Position numbers and translations under genes: made by a program
Notes under the pieces: model-generated
The model's input: the letters and a program-made list of their open reading frames with translations, nothing else
What the model was told of the DNA's origin: nothing
Database searches by the model: none
DNA from: Lingula anatina
Taxonomy: Eukaryota; Animalia; Brachiopoda
NCBI GenBank assembly: GCA_051362555.1
Contig: CM120648.1
Location: 969,721-1,033,720 of the forward strand
DNA length: 64,000 nucleotides
Direction: 5' to 3'
Shown here: positions 63,064-64,000 of the stretch, piece by piece
Numbering within the stretch: position 1 is the stretch's first letter
Layout of the letters: every line of letters starts with the position of its first letter

Positions 63064-64000
63064 TTCAAGAAGGACAATTTCACCTTAAAATATAAGACAC
63101 AGGGATGGACAATTCACAAATTTGTCTCATTAAAAGTGTCATAAGTTTAATACTATTGGTGGGGGGGGAGGGGTTATAAACCAGATCCTCACTGTTATAT
63201 TCATTTGGGGGGCAGGTGAAGCTAAAATTTTCAGTCTTTAAGTCAAGATCAGCCTAGGAACTGATTTGGTTAAATGGGCTCATAAGCCATTCTCTTTTAT
63301 TTTATCATAGGTGCCTGTGGTATTACATAAACATATAAATATATATCCCTGTGTTTATCATTGTAAAATATATATGGAGACAACGGGCATGTCCGCAACA
63401 AGACTTAACTAAGAAGACCTGAAATGGACTAACTGACACCCCCACATAGGTCATTTAACTTAGGATTTTCATGTTAGAAGCCCAGTGGAAGACCATTTGT
63501 GATCTGGTCATCTGGTGATGTCATTTGGACTATTCCTGGTCAAAGTTTGGTCGGGTTGTGAAAATGGCAGTAGTTGAAACAGATATCGCAGTTTGATAGT
63601 CACATAACTTCATGTGGGTAAAGATTATAAGCATTCTTGTATGAATACATGTGCATGAAGTACACAAAGTTGGAGTTTTACAGACCTTGTATTTGTATCA
63701 TTTTGTTAGCAAAGCAGCTTTAAACAAAAAAAAAAAATCAAAATTCCCTTTGTTGAAATGACCACAGGGTTAGAAGTATTTGTGAAAACAGTTCCGTGTG
63801 TGATATCAAAGTCGCATAATTCATTTTATTCTCCTTATATCAGTTTCTCTAATTCTCTTTCACCAGTTCTTCTCTCACCTATAAATTTCACAGAACTTTA
63901 TTCCAAACACTGGTTAAATTCATATAGTAATATAATTATTTTGAAATAGAATGGTGAAGAGGTCATTGGTACCTAACATGCTCATAGGAGAGTCCAACAG

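Noticed and set aside
63340-64000. Possible degraded interspersed repeat or next gene downstream of the 3' UTR
   Set aside because: No termini, second copy or convincing exon visible in the window.

Overview
This is AT-rich eukaryotic genomic DNA from an animal, probably a marine invertebrate (the taxon is my inference). One + strand gene fills almost the whole window: an SH2D5-like adaptor with an N-terminal PTB domain, a coiled coil, a Pro/Ser-rich linker and a C-terminal SH2 domain. I assembled it by hand from phase-compatible GT-AG exons: 368-643, 5653-5733, 6579-6653, 7960-8106, 8402-8695, 24460-24990, 48312-48688, 58402-58497, 58938-59109, plus a terminal exon. The product is about 731 or 754 aa. 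The locus looks like a combinatorial isoform system. (i) Two tandem-duplicated alternative terminal exons (60943-61089 and 61712-61927) each complete the SH2 domain, one ending in an NPSY tail and the other in an NPSF tail. (ii) The three large introns hold several ATG-initiated ORFs that run into splice donors in the phase needed for the next constant exon (22756, 27871, 42034, 56571 and weaker ones). These are candidate alternative first exons that replace the PTB domain with short basic/aromatic or MGC-type N-termini. (iii) There are candidate symmetric cassette or micro-exons. The introns also carry two Helentron/HINE-like elements with 146-bp tandem arrays, each with its own 5-mer higher-order duplication. 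One has a nested IS3EU-like MITE that itself contains a HINE fragment. Several other MITEs and simple repeats are present. All splicing claims are predictions from sequence and need RNA data.
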